Position numbers and translations under genes: made by a program
The notes under the pieces: generated by a model
The model's input: the letters and a program-made list of their open reading frames with translations, nothing else
What the model was told of the DNA's origin: nothing
Database searches by the model: none
Source: an uncultured delta proteobacterium
GTDB lineage: Bacteria > Desulfobacterota > RBG-13-43-22
Length of the DNA stretch: 64,000 nt
Direction: 5' to 3'
NCBI GenBank assembly: GCA_963743305.1
Contig: CAVUPH010000006.1
Location: 181,292-245,291 of the forward strand
In this document: piece by piece, positions 42,847 through 53,055 of the stretch
Numbering within the stretch: position 1 is the stretch's first letter
How the letters are laid out: each line of letters begins with the position of its first letter

Positions 42847-42911
42847 TGCTGATTTCGCGAAAAGCCCTCTAAGTTTGTCATTGCGAGGCGCGAAGCGACG
42901 AAGCAATCCCC
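42847..42911 (+). repeat. left half of TIR-wrapped REP element (long REP 42877-42908)
   Basis: gatttcgcgaaaag...gtcattgcgaggcgcgaagcgacgaagcaatcccc. Confidence 0.8.
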
Positions 42912-42962
42912 ATTTTCAGGCTTCGGAGGTGCGCTACTGGGCATGGGAGTCTGATACTATTC

Positions 42963-43194
42963 TCAAAATTGCCAGAGATCGGAAAGGTTTCGCACAAACT
43001 GGCCCCACCCTTGATCAATGTACAGACCGAATTGGGCGATCAGCGCATAGGCGATCCCGAACTGGGCCAGGGCATAACCGGAACTCGAATCCCCAACCGT
43101 TCCATTTTTCTTTGGCCGGTTGCGGCGCGCCGCAATTCGGGCAGGCCAAGGACTGCTCGCTCACCTCATGTCCGCATTCTCGGCAGGGCTTCAT
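42963..43194 (-). pseudogene. zinc-ribbon membrane protein remnant with out-of-frame internal deletion
   Basis: MKPCRECGHEVSEQSLACPNCGAPQPAKEKWNGWGFE then another frame GYALAQFGIAYALIAQFGLYIDQGWGQ..stop; not in the ORF track. Confidence 0.65.
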
Positions 43195-43529
43195 AGTCTC
43201 CCGCCTCCAAAATCGAAACGACTTAAACTGGAAGGGTTTGGCTCCAGTTGTTGCACGTTATTTGCATTTATAAAATAAGGCCTTGGAAAAAAGGTAGTCA
43301 GATTAGAACTTATTTCGAAAGATATTGAAAGCTTTTCTTATTGTTTATCGGGATCTTGGACTATTGGCTTTAGTATTTCCGATGAATGGCTTGCTTCCTT
43401 AACCGGATTGATTTCCATGCAATTTGTGCTCCCGATGAACAATAAACCGTATAATCGATAGAACAGATTAGGGGGGGTCACATGGATTTTTCCGAGTCAA
43501 CCTAGTATCAAAATAATTCGAACACCCCG

Positions 43530-43626
43530 GTCATTGCGAGCAAAGCGAAGCAATCCCCCTGTTAAGGTTTGGGAAGGTGTTGCGCTGACTGGGGGATTGC
43601 TTCGTCATTTTGCTCCTCGCAATGAC
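43530..43626. repeat. REP doublet (short 43530-43555, inverted long 43595-43626)
   Basis: gtcattgcgagcaaagcgaagcaatc ... gattgcttcgtcattttgctcctcgcaatgac; flanks extend the IR (accccg/cggggt). Confidence 0.88.
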
Positions 43627-43695
43627 CGGGGTAACTGCTATTTTCTCGCCTCGGGGGAAACCGACCCGGGCCTGGAGGTTTAGGCAATATGCCGA

Positions 43696-45678
43696 TTGAT
43701 TCCATATTGGATAGGTTCAATAAAAATTCCCGGAATATGTTCAGAGGTGGGGCTGGTTTTCAGTCTGACCGTTATTTTATTCCTGGCTCAATCTGAAAAA
43801 CTCACCGCCTTCTCCGCCCCGGTCCTTAAGTGGCAAAACGGCGGTTGCCGGTCCACCTGGTGCCGGACCGGGTGGTACGCCTCGCCGGCCGTGGCCGACC
43901 TGGATAAGGACGGCAAAATGGAAGTCGTTTGGACCGACTACCGGATCGTAGTGGTGAAGGGGGAAGACGGGAGCAACCACTGGGTGGTGGATAATCCCGG
44001 CGGAGGCCGGGGCTGGCCCGGGGTGGTGGTGGCCGATCTGGACGGCAACCAGTCCCTGGAAATCGTCACCGCTCACAGCGGCGGCTACCTGTCGGTCTAT
44101 CAGGCCAACGGCACGCCGCGCCCCGGATGGCCTCAGCAGCCCACCCCCGGGAATGAACTGCGCAGCCTGGCCGTGGGCGACGTGGACGGCAACGGGACGC
44201 TGGAGATCCTGACCGCCTCCACCCGGCCGGACAACCAGTGGTTCCTTTTCAATGCCGAAGGGACGTTGCGTCCCGGCTGGCCGGTCCTTTCGCCGGATTC
44301 AGATACCAACGGCTATGCCGCCGGGTGCTTCAATGAAAACGTGGGGCTGGCCGACCTGGACGGGGACGGCCAACTGGAAATGATCGGTCCCAACGACACC
44401 CATTACGTGGCCGGTTATCGCCAGGACGGGACCCCGCTTCGGGCCGCGTCGATTTACGGCCAGGTGGGCGGGCAGAATAAACCTTGGGCCAGGGTCGGCT
44501 TTCATCTGAGCCAGGCGGTCGATCTCCGGGGGTACGCCAACTGCACGGCCGGAGAGGAACCGTTGGAACCACGGCCTAACTTCGCGGACAGCGCCCCCTC
44601 TTTCGCGGACGTGGATGGAGACGGAACCCCGGAGATCATCATCGTCGGCAACCAGTATGACTGCCGCGCCGATCCCTACCGCTCCCTCTATCAACTGCCT
44701 TATATCCTGAATAAGGACCGGACCCGCTGGGCCGGCAGCGGCTTCAATTGGGAATCCCTGCCGATTCCGGACAGCCAGGCGGGGCCTCGGGCCGAAGACT
44801 ACAATGTCATCGAAACCGCCCAGCCCAACCCGGTGGTCGTCGACCTGGACGGGGACGGTTTCAAGGAAATCCTCTACGCCTCCTATGACGGGCGGGTCCA
44901 TGCCTACTGGCTGGACCGCACCGAGCACGGCTACTGGCCCTATCAGGTGACCAACCCGGCGGAAGGCTTTATCCGTTTCGCCTCGGAGCCGGTCGTGGCG
45001 GACCTGGACGGCGACGGAAAAGCCGAGGTGCTTTTCACCACCTGGACCCAGAAGGGCAGCAACGCGGGTGGCCAGTTGATTATCCTGAATCACTTGGGCC
45101 AATTGCTGCACGCCGTGGATCTACCCCGCAGCAGCCAGGATTGGGACGGCGCCCTGGGGGCCCCCACCCTGGCCGATATCGATGGAGACGGGGAACTGGA
45201 GGTGGTGATCGGCACGGCCCATACTGGTTTAGTCGCCTTCACCCTACCCGGTACTTCCAACGCCCGCGTCTTGTGGGGAACCGGAAGGGGTTCCTATCTC
45301 CGGACCGGACAGGCGACCAACATTCTGGGAAACATCCCTAAACAGGTAACGTTTTTCTATGACCTCCAGCAGCAACGCCTCAGCCCGGCCCGGGTTCAGG
45401 TGACCCCCAAGAACCTGGGAAGCACCCAGTCACTCCAATGGGCCGTCGTGTCGTCGGGAAGCTGGTTTTCCGTAGCCCCTTTAAGCGGCGCCACCCCCTC
45501 CCCTTTCACGATCACTCCGGAAAATTTCAATGCCCAACCCCCGGGGGTGTACACCGGACTGCTCAGTTTAACGGTAACTGACCCTCCGGACACCGCCGGC
45601 TCTCCGGCCCAAATTCCTTTGACCCTCAATGTGGTCGAACACCTTTATCCGGTCTATTTTCCCTTAATAATCAGATGA
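43696..45678 (+). CDS. secreted FG-GAP/VCBS-repeat beta-propeller protein with C-terminal Ig/BACON-like domain and YFPLI tail
   Basis: Eight ADLDGDG..E-type Ca-binding repeats; W..V.P.SG.TP; ends PVYFPLIIR; start uncertain. Confidence 0.85.
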   Translation: MIPYWIGSIKIPGICSEVGLVFSLTVILFLAQSEKLTAFSAPVLKWQNGGCRSTWCRTGWYASPAVADLDKDGKMEVVWTDYRIVVVKGEDGSNHWVVDNPGGGRGWPGVVVADLDGNQSLEIVTAHSGGYLSVYQANGTPRPGWPQQPTPGNELRSLAVGDVDGNGTLEILTASTRPDNQWFLFNAEGTLRPGWPVLSPDSDTNGYAAGCFNENVGLADLDGDGQLEMIGPNDTHYVAGYRQDGTPLRAASIYGQVGGQNKPWARVGFHLSQAVDLRGYANCTAGEEPLEPRPNFADSAPSFADVDGDGTPEIIIVGNQYDCRADPYRSLYQLPYILNKDRTRWAGSGFNWESLPIPDSQAGPRAEDYNVIETAQPNPVVVDLDGDGFKEILYASYDGRVHAYWLDRTEHGYWPYQVTNPAEGFIRFASEPVVADLDGDGKAEVLFTTWTQKGSNAGGQLIILNHLGQLLHAVDLPRSSQDWDGALGAPTLADIDGDGELEVVIGTAHTGLVAFTLPGTSNARVLWGTGRGSYLRTGQATNILGNIPKQVTFFYDLQQQRLSPARVQVTPKNLGSTQSLQWAVVSSGSWFSVAPLSGATPSPFTITPENFNAQPPGVYTGLLSLTVTDPPDTAGSPAQIPLTLNVVEHLYPVYFPLIIR

Positions 45679-45799
45679 TCTCCCGCACTGTTTAGGGTAG
45701 GACAACCAACAAGGGAACTTCCGGCCCTGGCAACAGGGGACGGATGGAGGGATCCGCTGGAGAGGTTGAGTTCGTTGCTTTTCTAGACTTCATTAGGAA

Positions 45800-45944
45800 T
45801 GGTGGTTTCGCAAAAAGTCCCCAGCGCTGTCATTGCGAGGAGTGATGCGACGCAGCAATCCCCAAGAATCAGCCGGTTACCATAGGGGGGATTGCTTCGC
45901 TTCGCTCGCAATGACAGGTTCTTGGACTTTTTGCGAGGTTGTCA
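45800..45944 (+). mobile_element. ~145-bp MITE: TIRs enclosing a REP doublet
   Basis: ttcgcaaaaagtcc + long REP 45829-45860 + inverted short REP 45890-45915 + ggactttttgcga; colinear with 35264-35407. Confidence 0.85.
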
Positions 45945-45979
45945 GGAATGGTCCAGTTCAAAATTCCCGGTTTTCCGTT

Positions 45980-46637
45980 TTACTTTTTAAAGCTGATGGA
46001 AATACCGGCACCGGTCCGACCTCTGAATAGTGGTCAAGTAGTTGGGCAAGCCTTGAACATAGTCTAGAAATTCTTTGATGCCTCCGAAAGGGTGGTTGAC
46101 GTTGTGGGCCGTGAAGCAGCCGCCTTTTGGCAACTTCCCATCCAGGTCCTTAAAATACTGGAGGTACCATTCCTTGTCGGCATCGGAAAAAATGAAGTCA
46201 AAAGGGCCTTCCAATTGCCTCACCAGTTGATGGGCGTCGGCCAGCCGGGCATCAATTAAACTTGCCACTCCGGCCTGCTTGAAGTTTTCCAAGGCGGTTC
46301 TATAACGTCCTGCGTCGATTTCAATAGTGATTAAACGGCCACCGGTCTTACTCAAGGCCCAGGCCATCCAGATGGCGGAATGGCCCGTAGAGGTCCCGAT
46401 TTCCAAAGCCTTGGTATAGTTGTTATTGAGGATCAGGTTGAACAACACCTGTCCGTCCTGGTAGGGCACATTCCAATCCTGCCAGTTCGCTCGGTTTCCC
46501 TTCAGGTATTTTTCCACCTTGGCATCCAGGTTTTCAGAAGCCGGTGGCTTTTGAGCCAAGGCTGTCATCAGAGTGGAGGCCCCAGCCACAAAAATTCCCA
46601 CACCGAATAACATTCCCTTTATTGATTTCCGGTTCAT
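45980..46637 (-). CDS. O-methyltransferase with N-terminal signal (+1 frameshift near 46015)
   Basis: LEIGTSTGHS, FIFSDADK, AHN; deleting one G restores ..STGAGISISFKK-stop. Confidence 0.85.
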
Positions 46638-46701
46638 AAGAACTCCTCATCCAGTGTTTCGTTTCACCCCATAAGCTTCAGTAGCCAACGCCCCTGGGGG
46701 G

Positions 46702-46798
46702 GATTGCTTCGTCGCTTCGCTCCTCGCAATGACACAACAGAGCACCCGCTACAATCCCGCCCCTAAAAGCCTGTCATTGCGAGCGCAGCGAAGCAATC
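46702..46798. repeat. REP array downstream of GIY-YIG gene (inverted long 46702-46733, short 46773-46798)
   Basis: gattgcttcgtcgcttcgctcctcgcaatgac; gtcattgcgagcgcagcgaagcaatc. Confidence 0.92.
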
Positions 46799-46828
46799 CC
46801 CCAGCCAAGGATTTATCAAGCCTTTCAA

Positions 46829-47116
46829 TCACAAACAAGGGTATAAATCTTCCCAATCCTTATTCATCCCATTTATCAAATTTACCTTTTTTTGCCTGGA
46901 GCCGCCTTTAATCTGCTTTTCTCTGGTTATGGCCCCAAAAGCATCCCCACACTCCTCATAATAAACCAGTTTGGTTAGGTGGTACCTCTTGGTAAATCCC
47001 TCAACCAATTTCTCCCGATGTTCAAAGATCCTTTTTTTGAGATCATTGGTTACCCCGGTATAAAGAACGCTGTGGTTCTTATTGGTCAGGATGTAGACAA
47101 AAAACTGTTTATCCAT
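46829..47116 (-). CDS. small stand-alone GIY-YIG nuclease
   Basis: FVYILTN..VLYTGVTNDL.KRI.EH, LVYYE, AITREKQIKG; ATG at 47116. Confidence 0.92.
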   Translation of the reverse strand: MDKQFFVYILTNKNHSVLYTGVTNDLKKRIFEHREKLVEGFTKRYHLTKLVYYEECGDAFGAITREKQIKGGSRQKKVNLINGMNKDWEDLYPCL

Positions 47117-47145
47117 ACAAGTCCTGTTCAAGAAGCTCTTAGGGG

Positions 47146-47367
47146 GATTGCTTCGTCGCTTCACTCCTCGCAATGACGGACCAAGGGATTCCTTCAACCC
47201 CCCCTAGCCACACCCCGTCATTGCGAGCGAAGCGAAGCAATCCCCACCTTAGCTTGGCCAGCCGGTTTGCTGAGATTGCTTCGTCGCTTCACTCCTCGCA
47301 GTGACAGACGAAGGAATACCCCTATCAAATCTACCATGCACGTCATTGCGAGCGCAGCGAAGCAATC
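47146..47367. repeat. REP array upstream of GIY-YIG gene (inverted long 47146-47177, short 47217-47242, inverted long 47274-47305, short 47342-47367)
   Basis: Four near-identical units in strict alternation. Confidence 0.92.
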
Positions 47368-48942
47368 CCCTGAGAAGCTTCCCAGCCCCAGTTTACAGTC
47401 CAGGGAGATTCTTTGCTCCCTCCCAACTCCGGGGCCTGCAGATCGCGGGAAATTTTTTCGGAAGGTTGTAGCACCGGGAGATCCTCCTTGGAACTGATGC
47501 CTAACTCCCGGAACCGACGGGCCGCGGTCAGCACCCGGGTCTCCAGGGAACCCACGGCCTCATTATAGGAGTGCACGCACTTATCCAAGGACCGGCCCAC
47601 CTCGCTGAAATGGCGGGCCACCTTGGCCAGGCGGTTATAAAGCAGCTTTCCCAGGTCACTGATGGCCTGGGCGTTTTCCGCCAGTTGCTCCTGGCGCCAA
47701 CCGTAGGCAATGGCCCGCAGCAGGGCAATCAAGGTCGTGGGGGTAGCCAGGATGACCCGTTGGTTCACCCCTTCTTCTATCAGCCGGGGATTCTGCTCCA
47801 GGGCGGCGCTGAAGAAATTTTCCCCCGGCAGAAAAAGGACCACGAACTCCGGCGCCTCGCTGAACTGGTCCCAATAGGCCTTGGCCGACAGTTTTTGCAG
47901 GTGGATCTGGACCTGCCGGGCGTGGTCCTGAAGCTTGGCTTTCCGGTCTTCTTCCGTCTGGGCTTCCAGAGAATCCAGAAAGGATTGCAAGGGGGCCTTG
48001 GAATCCACCACTACCATCTTTCGATTGGGCATGCGAACCACCATATCCGGGCGCAGGCGGCCGGTTTCTCCGGGAACCGTCTCCTGTTCGCATGAAATCG
48101 CAGTGCGCACTCATACCGGCCAACTCGGCCACCCGCCGCAAAGTGATCTCCCCCCAGCGGCCCCGTACCTGTGGAGACCGCAGGGCCTTGACCAGGTTGC
48201 CCGTCTCCTGCTGCAATTTTTCTTCGGTAACGGCCATTTGCTTCAGGTGCTGGCTCAGGCTTCCGTAGGCCTGCTGCCGGGCCTGCTCCATGGACTGCAC
48301 CTGTTGGGCATATCGATCCAACGTATCCTTCAGGGGGGCGACCAGGGTCTCCACGGCCTTCTGCCGCTGGGCCAGATCCCCTTTAGCCTCGGTTTGAAAT
48401 TTTTCCAGGGTGGCCCGGGCCAAATCCAGAAATTGTTGATTGTTGCTGCGAAGGCATTCAGAGGACAGGGCCTTGAAGGCATCGCTCATTTTATGCGAGG
48501 CTTCATCCAGGAGAGACAGCTTTTCTTCGACGGCCAGCCGTTCCTGATGCAAGGTGGTTTCCAGTTCGGCCTGCACCTGCTTCAGGCGGCTGATCTCCTC
48601 CCGCAACTCGAGGTTCTCCGCTTCTCGGCCCTGAAGGACATTCTTCACCTCCGGCAACTGTTCCAGTTCCTTGAGGGCCGCCACCTTCTCCTGCCCTTCT
48701 TGAATCAGAGAATCCCGCAGGTGTCCCAATTCCTTTTCCATTTCCTGATTTTTGGTCAGCAAATGGTCATAGGACAGTTCCTTGGCTCGAATCCGTTCTT
48801 CCAGCACCGCCAGTTCGGATTTGCAGGTTTGGATGGCTTCAGCGGCCTTACGGGTTAGACGAATCTTGAGCAGCAGGCCCACGATGACCAGGCCCAGAAG
48901 GGCACCGGCCAGAAAGGCCCAAAGGATAGATGGGGTGATCAT
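47343..48942 (-). CDS. rmuC: DNA recombination protein RmuC (+1 frameshift at 48090)
   Basis: N-terminal TM, coiled coil, RGRWGE, RPD...P, DSKAP, PEFVVLFLPGE, ATPTTLIALL. Confidence 0.9.
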
Positions 48943-48983
48943 TTTTTACCTCGGAGTTAGTATGTATAAAATTGAAAACTCTT

Positions 48984-49079
48984 GTCATTGCGAGCGAAGC
49001 GAAGCAATCTCCCGTTCAAGCTTAGGGGCGACATAAGCTGAAAGGGGGATTGCTTCGTCGCTTCACTCCTCGCAATGAC
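48984..49079. repeat. REP doublet (short 48984-49009, inverted long 49048-49079)
   Basis: gtcattgcgagcgaagcgaagcaatc ... gattgcttcgtcgcttcactcctcgcaatgac. Confidence 0.9.
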
Positions 49080-49114
49080 AAATTCTACCACTCCTTGTGT
49101 CCTTCTCCTGAAAT

Positions 49115-51119
49115 TTATTTCCATAACAAATCCCTCTCCTGCAGCCCCTTGATTTTATCGCGTAGTTCGGCGGCCTCTTCAAAATCCAGGCGCTTGGCCG
49201 CGGCCTTCATCTCTTTCTGCAGCTTTTTGAGCAGCGCCGGTATCTTGGCCGGATCGTCGTAATCCGCTTGCGCTTCTTTGGCCGCCGGGACGGTGTAATA
49301 GTCGGCCTCATAGACCGAGGCCATGATATCCTGAATGGACTTCTTGATGCTCGTAGGAGTTATCCGGTGCTTCCGGTTATAGGCCTTTTGCAGTTTCCGC
49401 CGCTTTTCGGTTTCCTCGATGGCCGCCTGCATGGACCGGGTGACCTGATCGGCGTAAAAATAGACCTCCCCTGAAAGATTCCGGGCCGCCCGCCCGCAGG
49501 TCTGAATCAGAGACCGAGCCGAACGCAGAAAGCCTTCCTTGTCCGCATCCAAAATAGCCACCAGGCTGACTTCAGGCAAATCCAGCCCTTCCCGGAGCAG
49601 GTTGATCCCGACCAAGACATCGAATTCCCCCAAACGCAGGTCCCTCAATATCTCGATACGCTCCAGGGTGTTGATATCCGAGTGCAGGTAACGGACCTTG
49701 ATCCCTTTTTCCTGGTAATAATCGGTCAAGCTTTCGGCCAGACGCTTCGTCAGGGTGGTGACCAGCACCCGTTCCTGTTGAGCGACCCTTTTTCTAATGG
49801 CCTGCAGCAGATGGTCCACCTGATCCGTGGCCGGATAGACGCTGATCCGGGGATCCATCAAACCGGTAGGACGGATGATCTGCTCCGCCACCAGGCCGCC
49901 CGATTGCCGCATTTCGTAGTCCGCCGGCGTGGCGGAGACATAAATGACCTGGTGGACCATTTGCTCATATTCCTGAAAATTCAGGGGCCGGTTATCCAGG
50001 GCCGAGGGCAGTCGAAACCCGTAGTCCACCAGGGTCTGTTTGCGGGAACGGTCGCCCCGGTACATGCCCTGAAGCTGAGGAACCGCCAAATGACTCTCAT
50101 CAATAAACAGCAGAAAATCCTGAGGGAAATATTCCAACAGGGTCGGCGGCGGCTGACCGGCCAACCGGCCGGTCAGGTGACGGGAATAATTTTCAATACC
50201 GTGGCAATAGCCTAACTCTTTCATCATCTCCAGGTCAAAGCGGGTCCGTTCCCCGATCCGTTGGGCCTCGATCAATTTCTGGTGCTCATGGAAGTAGATG
50301 AGACGTTCGGTAAGTTCCGCCTCGATGGCCTGGTAGGCCAGCTCCCTGCGCTCCGGACTGGTGACGTAATGGCTATTGGGAAAGATCTGGACCTGCGGCA
50401 GGCGTTCCCGGGTTTTACCTCGCAAGGGGTCAATGATCGACAGGCTTTCGATGGATTCACCAAAAAAAGAAATCCGGAGGGCCTGTTCCTCCTCATAAGC
50501 CGGAAAGACCTCCACCACGTCCCCCCGGACCCGAAAGGTTCCCCGGTGGAAGTCGATATCGTTGCGTTCGTAGAGCATGGAGACCAATTGACCCAAGACG
50601 GCATCCCGCGGGATTTCCTGTCCGGTTTCGAGTGACAGCAAGAGGTCCTGGTAGGCCTCCGGCGAACCCAGTCCGTAGATGCAGGACACGCTGGCCACGA
50701 TCAGCACGTCGCTGCGGGTGAGCAACGACCGGGTGGCCGAGTGGCGCATCTTGTCGATTTCCTCGTTAATGGAAGAATCTTTTTCAATGTAGGTGTCGCT
50801 TGAAGGCAAATAGGCCTCCGGCTGGTAGTAATCATAATAACTGACAAAATACTCCACGGCATTTTCAGGGAAAGAAAGACTTGAACTCCCCGAAGAGCTG
50901 GGCGGCCAGGGTCTTGTTGGGGGCCAGGATCAAGGTGGGCTTCTGGACCTTGGCCACCACCTGGGCCATGGTAAAGGTCTTGCCCGACCCGGTGACTCCC
51001 AGCAGGACCTGGTGCTTTATCCCCTGCTCCACCCCGGCGGCCAGTTGTTCGATGGCCTGGGGCTGATCGCCCTGAGGGGTGAAATCGGAGACCAGATGGA
51101 AGGCGTTTTTTGAGTACAT
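49115..51119 (-). CDS. uvrB: excinuclease ABC subunit B (+1 frameshift at GGG 50868-50870)
   Basis: [44 protein letters not shown]. Confidence 0.95.
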
Positions 51120-51123
51120 AAAT

Positions 51124-51303
51124 TTAAAAAATCTCGTCGTAACGATGCCACTTCATTTTTCCGGACCTGATCCGAGACATGGTTTCCATCAGGCTCTCAC
51201 AAAATTGTGGGGTCCCTGATGACGATCTCCGTTGGGTCTGTTTCGCCTTCGCGAATTCGATCAAATCCCGATCCATCGTAAGGCTTATTTTTCCTTTGGC
51301 CAC
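51124..51303 (-). pseudogene. short RHH-type antitoxin-like remnant
   Basis: GTG start after GAGAGGA; KISLTMDRDLIEFAK N-terminus, W..YDEIF end; middle appears missing. Confidence 0.4.
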
Positions 51304-51320
51304 TTTTATCCTCTCATCCT

Positions 51321-51477
51321 TGATGAACTCGCAAAAAGTCCCAGAGGCTGTCATTGCGAGGAGTGAAGCGACGAAGCAATCCCCGATAAGCAGCTACTTG
51401 TCAAGGTGGGGATTGCTTCCCCCGGATCACGTCCAGGGTCGCAATGACTGGCTTTTCGACTTTTTGCGGAACCACCA
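51321..51477 (+). mobile_element. MITE: TIRs enclosing a REP doublet (variant right REP)
   Basis: tgatgaactcgcaaaaagtc + long REP 51350-51381 + 51411-51448 (inner hairpin replaced by cccggatcacgtccagg) + gactttttgcgga. Confidence 0.82.
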
Positions 51478-51667
51478 TTCTTTATTGTATTTAGGATACG
51501 TCTGATATCCGACTATCCTAAAGGAGAGGCCTTAGACCGGTCAAGAAAATCCTTATCTAGGCTGTGACATCAAAGGGTGCGGGAGGAAAGAAAAGAATGC
51601 CATAAAAATCGGAATCTTGTTATAATTCTTTTATTCTGAAAAAATAGCGACCGGCTGCTTCCCATCT

Positions 51668-51914
51668 ATGATTGACCTATACCAGGAACTGAGATCCCTG
51701 ATCGTCCATCTGAACCGTCGTGAAATAGCCTATGCCCTTTGTGGCGGATTGTCTCTCGGCGGTGGAAATGGCCTGGGCTACGCGGGAAAAGACATGCTGG
51801 GAAGGCGAAGACCTCTGGGTGGTATCCCGGGAAGGACTGATGGCTATGAAATCCCTGAGGGGAAGCGGCCAGGACCAGGACGATCTGAAAAAACTGAAGG
51901 CCCTGGCTAGATGA
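51668..51914 (+). pseudogene. nucleotidyltransferase-like gene with internal deletion
   Basis: N-terminus ..IAYALCGGL joined out of frame to C-terminus VVSREGL..MK..G..QD..DL. Confidence 0.6.
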
Positions 51915-52102
51915 AAACTGACAAAACTGACCGGTCAGAACAAGCGATCACTCTGCGCCTCAAGCAGGTCTCGCAGTTAAGGCGGGTCTGTCTATCCCTC
52001 GGCAAGGCCGGGTCGACAAACCTCTCCGCAGCGGATCGGGAAGACCATGGGGATCAAATTACCGGAAAAGTCAAATCCTCTCCTCAGCGAGTAACCCCTT
52101 AA
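51911..52102 (+). CDS. small hypothetical protein coupled to the upstream gene
   Basis: ATGA overlap; SEQAITLRLKQVSQLRRVCLSL. Confidence 0.5.
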   Translation: MKTDKTDRSEQAITLRLKQVSQLRRVCLSLGKAGSTNLSAADREDHGDQITGKVKSSPQRVTP

Positions 52103-52212
52103 ACCCGCTATCCCGCTCCAACGGATCCTGGCAAAAAACGATGGTGTTGCCCTGTTCCTCCCCAAGATTGCACTCGTGAGTACCCCCTCGCGGAAATCGT
52201 GCTATTGCAAGC

Positions 52213-52241
52213 TTGACAATGGGTATAACTACGGTTATACT
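52213..52241 (+). promoter_or_regulatory. promoter/operator of RHH-MazF pair
   Basis: TTGACA-17 bp-TATACT with palindrome GTATAAC-tacg-GTTATAC (52223-52240). Confidence 0.8.
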
Positions 52242-52247
52242 TATTTT

Positions 52248-52484
52248 ATGAAAACAGCGATTTCCATCCCGGAAGAAGTTTTTCGATCAGCGGAGTCCCT
52301 GGCCAAACGCTTGGGTATGTCACGGAGCCAGCTTTATACGGCCGCCATTAACGAATACTTGAACAGACGCCAGGATCGCCAGATAACAGCCCTATTGAAT
52401 TCCATTTACGAGGAGGAAGATTCCTCCTTGCCTTCCGCCATCATCAGGTTGCAGGTCAGCTCATTAAGCCGTGAGGAGTGGTGA
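52248..52484 (+). CDS. RHH (CopG-like) antitoxin
   Basis: MKTAISIP..VF..AE.LA..LGMSRS.LY; overlaps toxin start. Confidence 0.88.
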   Translation: MKTAISIPEEVFRSAESLAKRLGMSRSQLYTAAINEYLNRRQDRQITALLNSIYEEEDSSLPSAIIRLQVSSLSREEW

Positions 52485-52822
52485 TGGAGCGGGGAGAGGT
52501 CTGGTGGGCGCAACTCCCGGATCCCAGCGCCTCAGAACCCGGTTACCGAAGACCGGTAGTGATCATCCAGTCCGATTCGTTCAATCGTAGCCGCATCCGA
52601 ACCATCATCGCGGTCGTGCTGACCTCCAACCTTCGTCTGGCTGAAGCGCCGGGGAATCTATTGATCCCGGCCTCCGAATCCGGCCTGCCGAGGGATTCCG
52701 TCGCCAATGTCTCCCAGGTCATTGCAGTAGACCGAAGTTTCCTCACCGAAAAAGCCGGCCGCCTGCAGAGCAAAGCACTGCGTTCCATTGAAGAAGGGCT
52801 GCGGCTCGTGCTGGATTTATAG
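52478..52822 (+). CDS. mazF: PemK/MazF-family toxin
   Basis: RGEVWW, SEPG.RRPVVIIQ...N, LTSN, GL..DSVAN.SQ. Confidence 0.9.
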   Translation: MVMERGEVWWAQLPDPSASEPGYRRPVVIIQSDSFNRSRIRTIIAVVLTSNLRLAEAPGNLLIPASESGLPRDSVANVSQVIAVDRSFLTEKAGRLQSKALRSIEEGLRLVLDL

Positions 52823-53055
52823 TCTTCCTCGTTTGATCCACCCTACACTACATCGAACTTGCCTCCTCGGAAAACCCATCGCCTTGGCATAAACCGGTTC
52901 AATCGCGAAATGCCCGATCTTGCCGATAAACCTTAATTTCCCCTTAATATAAGGATCCGCCATCCCTTCCTTGAAGGTATCAGCTTCATCCAGGGGATAA
53001 AATTGCCGGGAAACTCAAATACGCATTCCAGAGGCTTTCACCAGATTGATAATTT

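Noticed and set aside
46829-47116. uvrC fragment (GIY-YIG gene near uvrB)
   Set aside because: Complete ~95-aa stand-alone type with its own start and stop; lacks UvrC-specific motifs and downstream domains.
46702-47367. CRISPR array
   Set aside because: Units alternate in orientation and type, are dispersed across the window, and no cas genes or leader are present.
50865-50867. Sec or read-through at the uvrB internal TGA
   Set aside because: The continuation is in a different frame; one extra base explains it.
30315-51505. Short ORFs with LRRFAPRND / SLRAKRSNP / VIASAAKQS peptides (e.g. 30315, 35297, 42875, 45833, 46729, 47267, 49050, 51179)
   Set aside because: Translations of the REP repeats, not genes.
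42810-51577. TGTGACATCAA(A)GGG seen at ~42810 and ~51563
   Set aside because: Only two short copies, with no second half-site or element boundary; could be chance.
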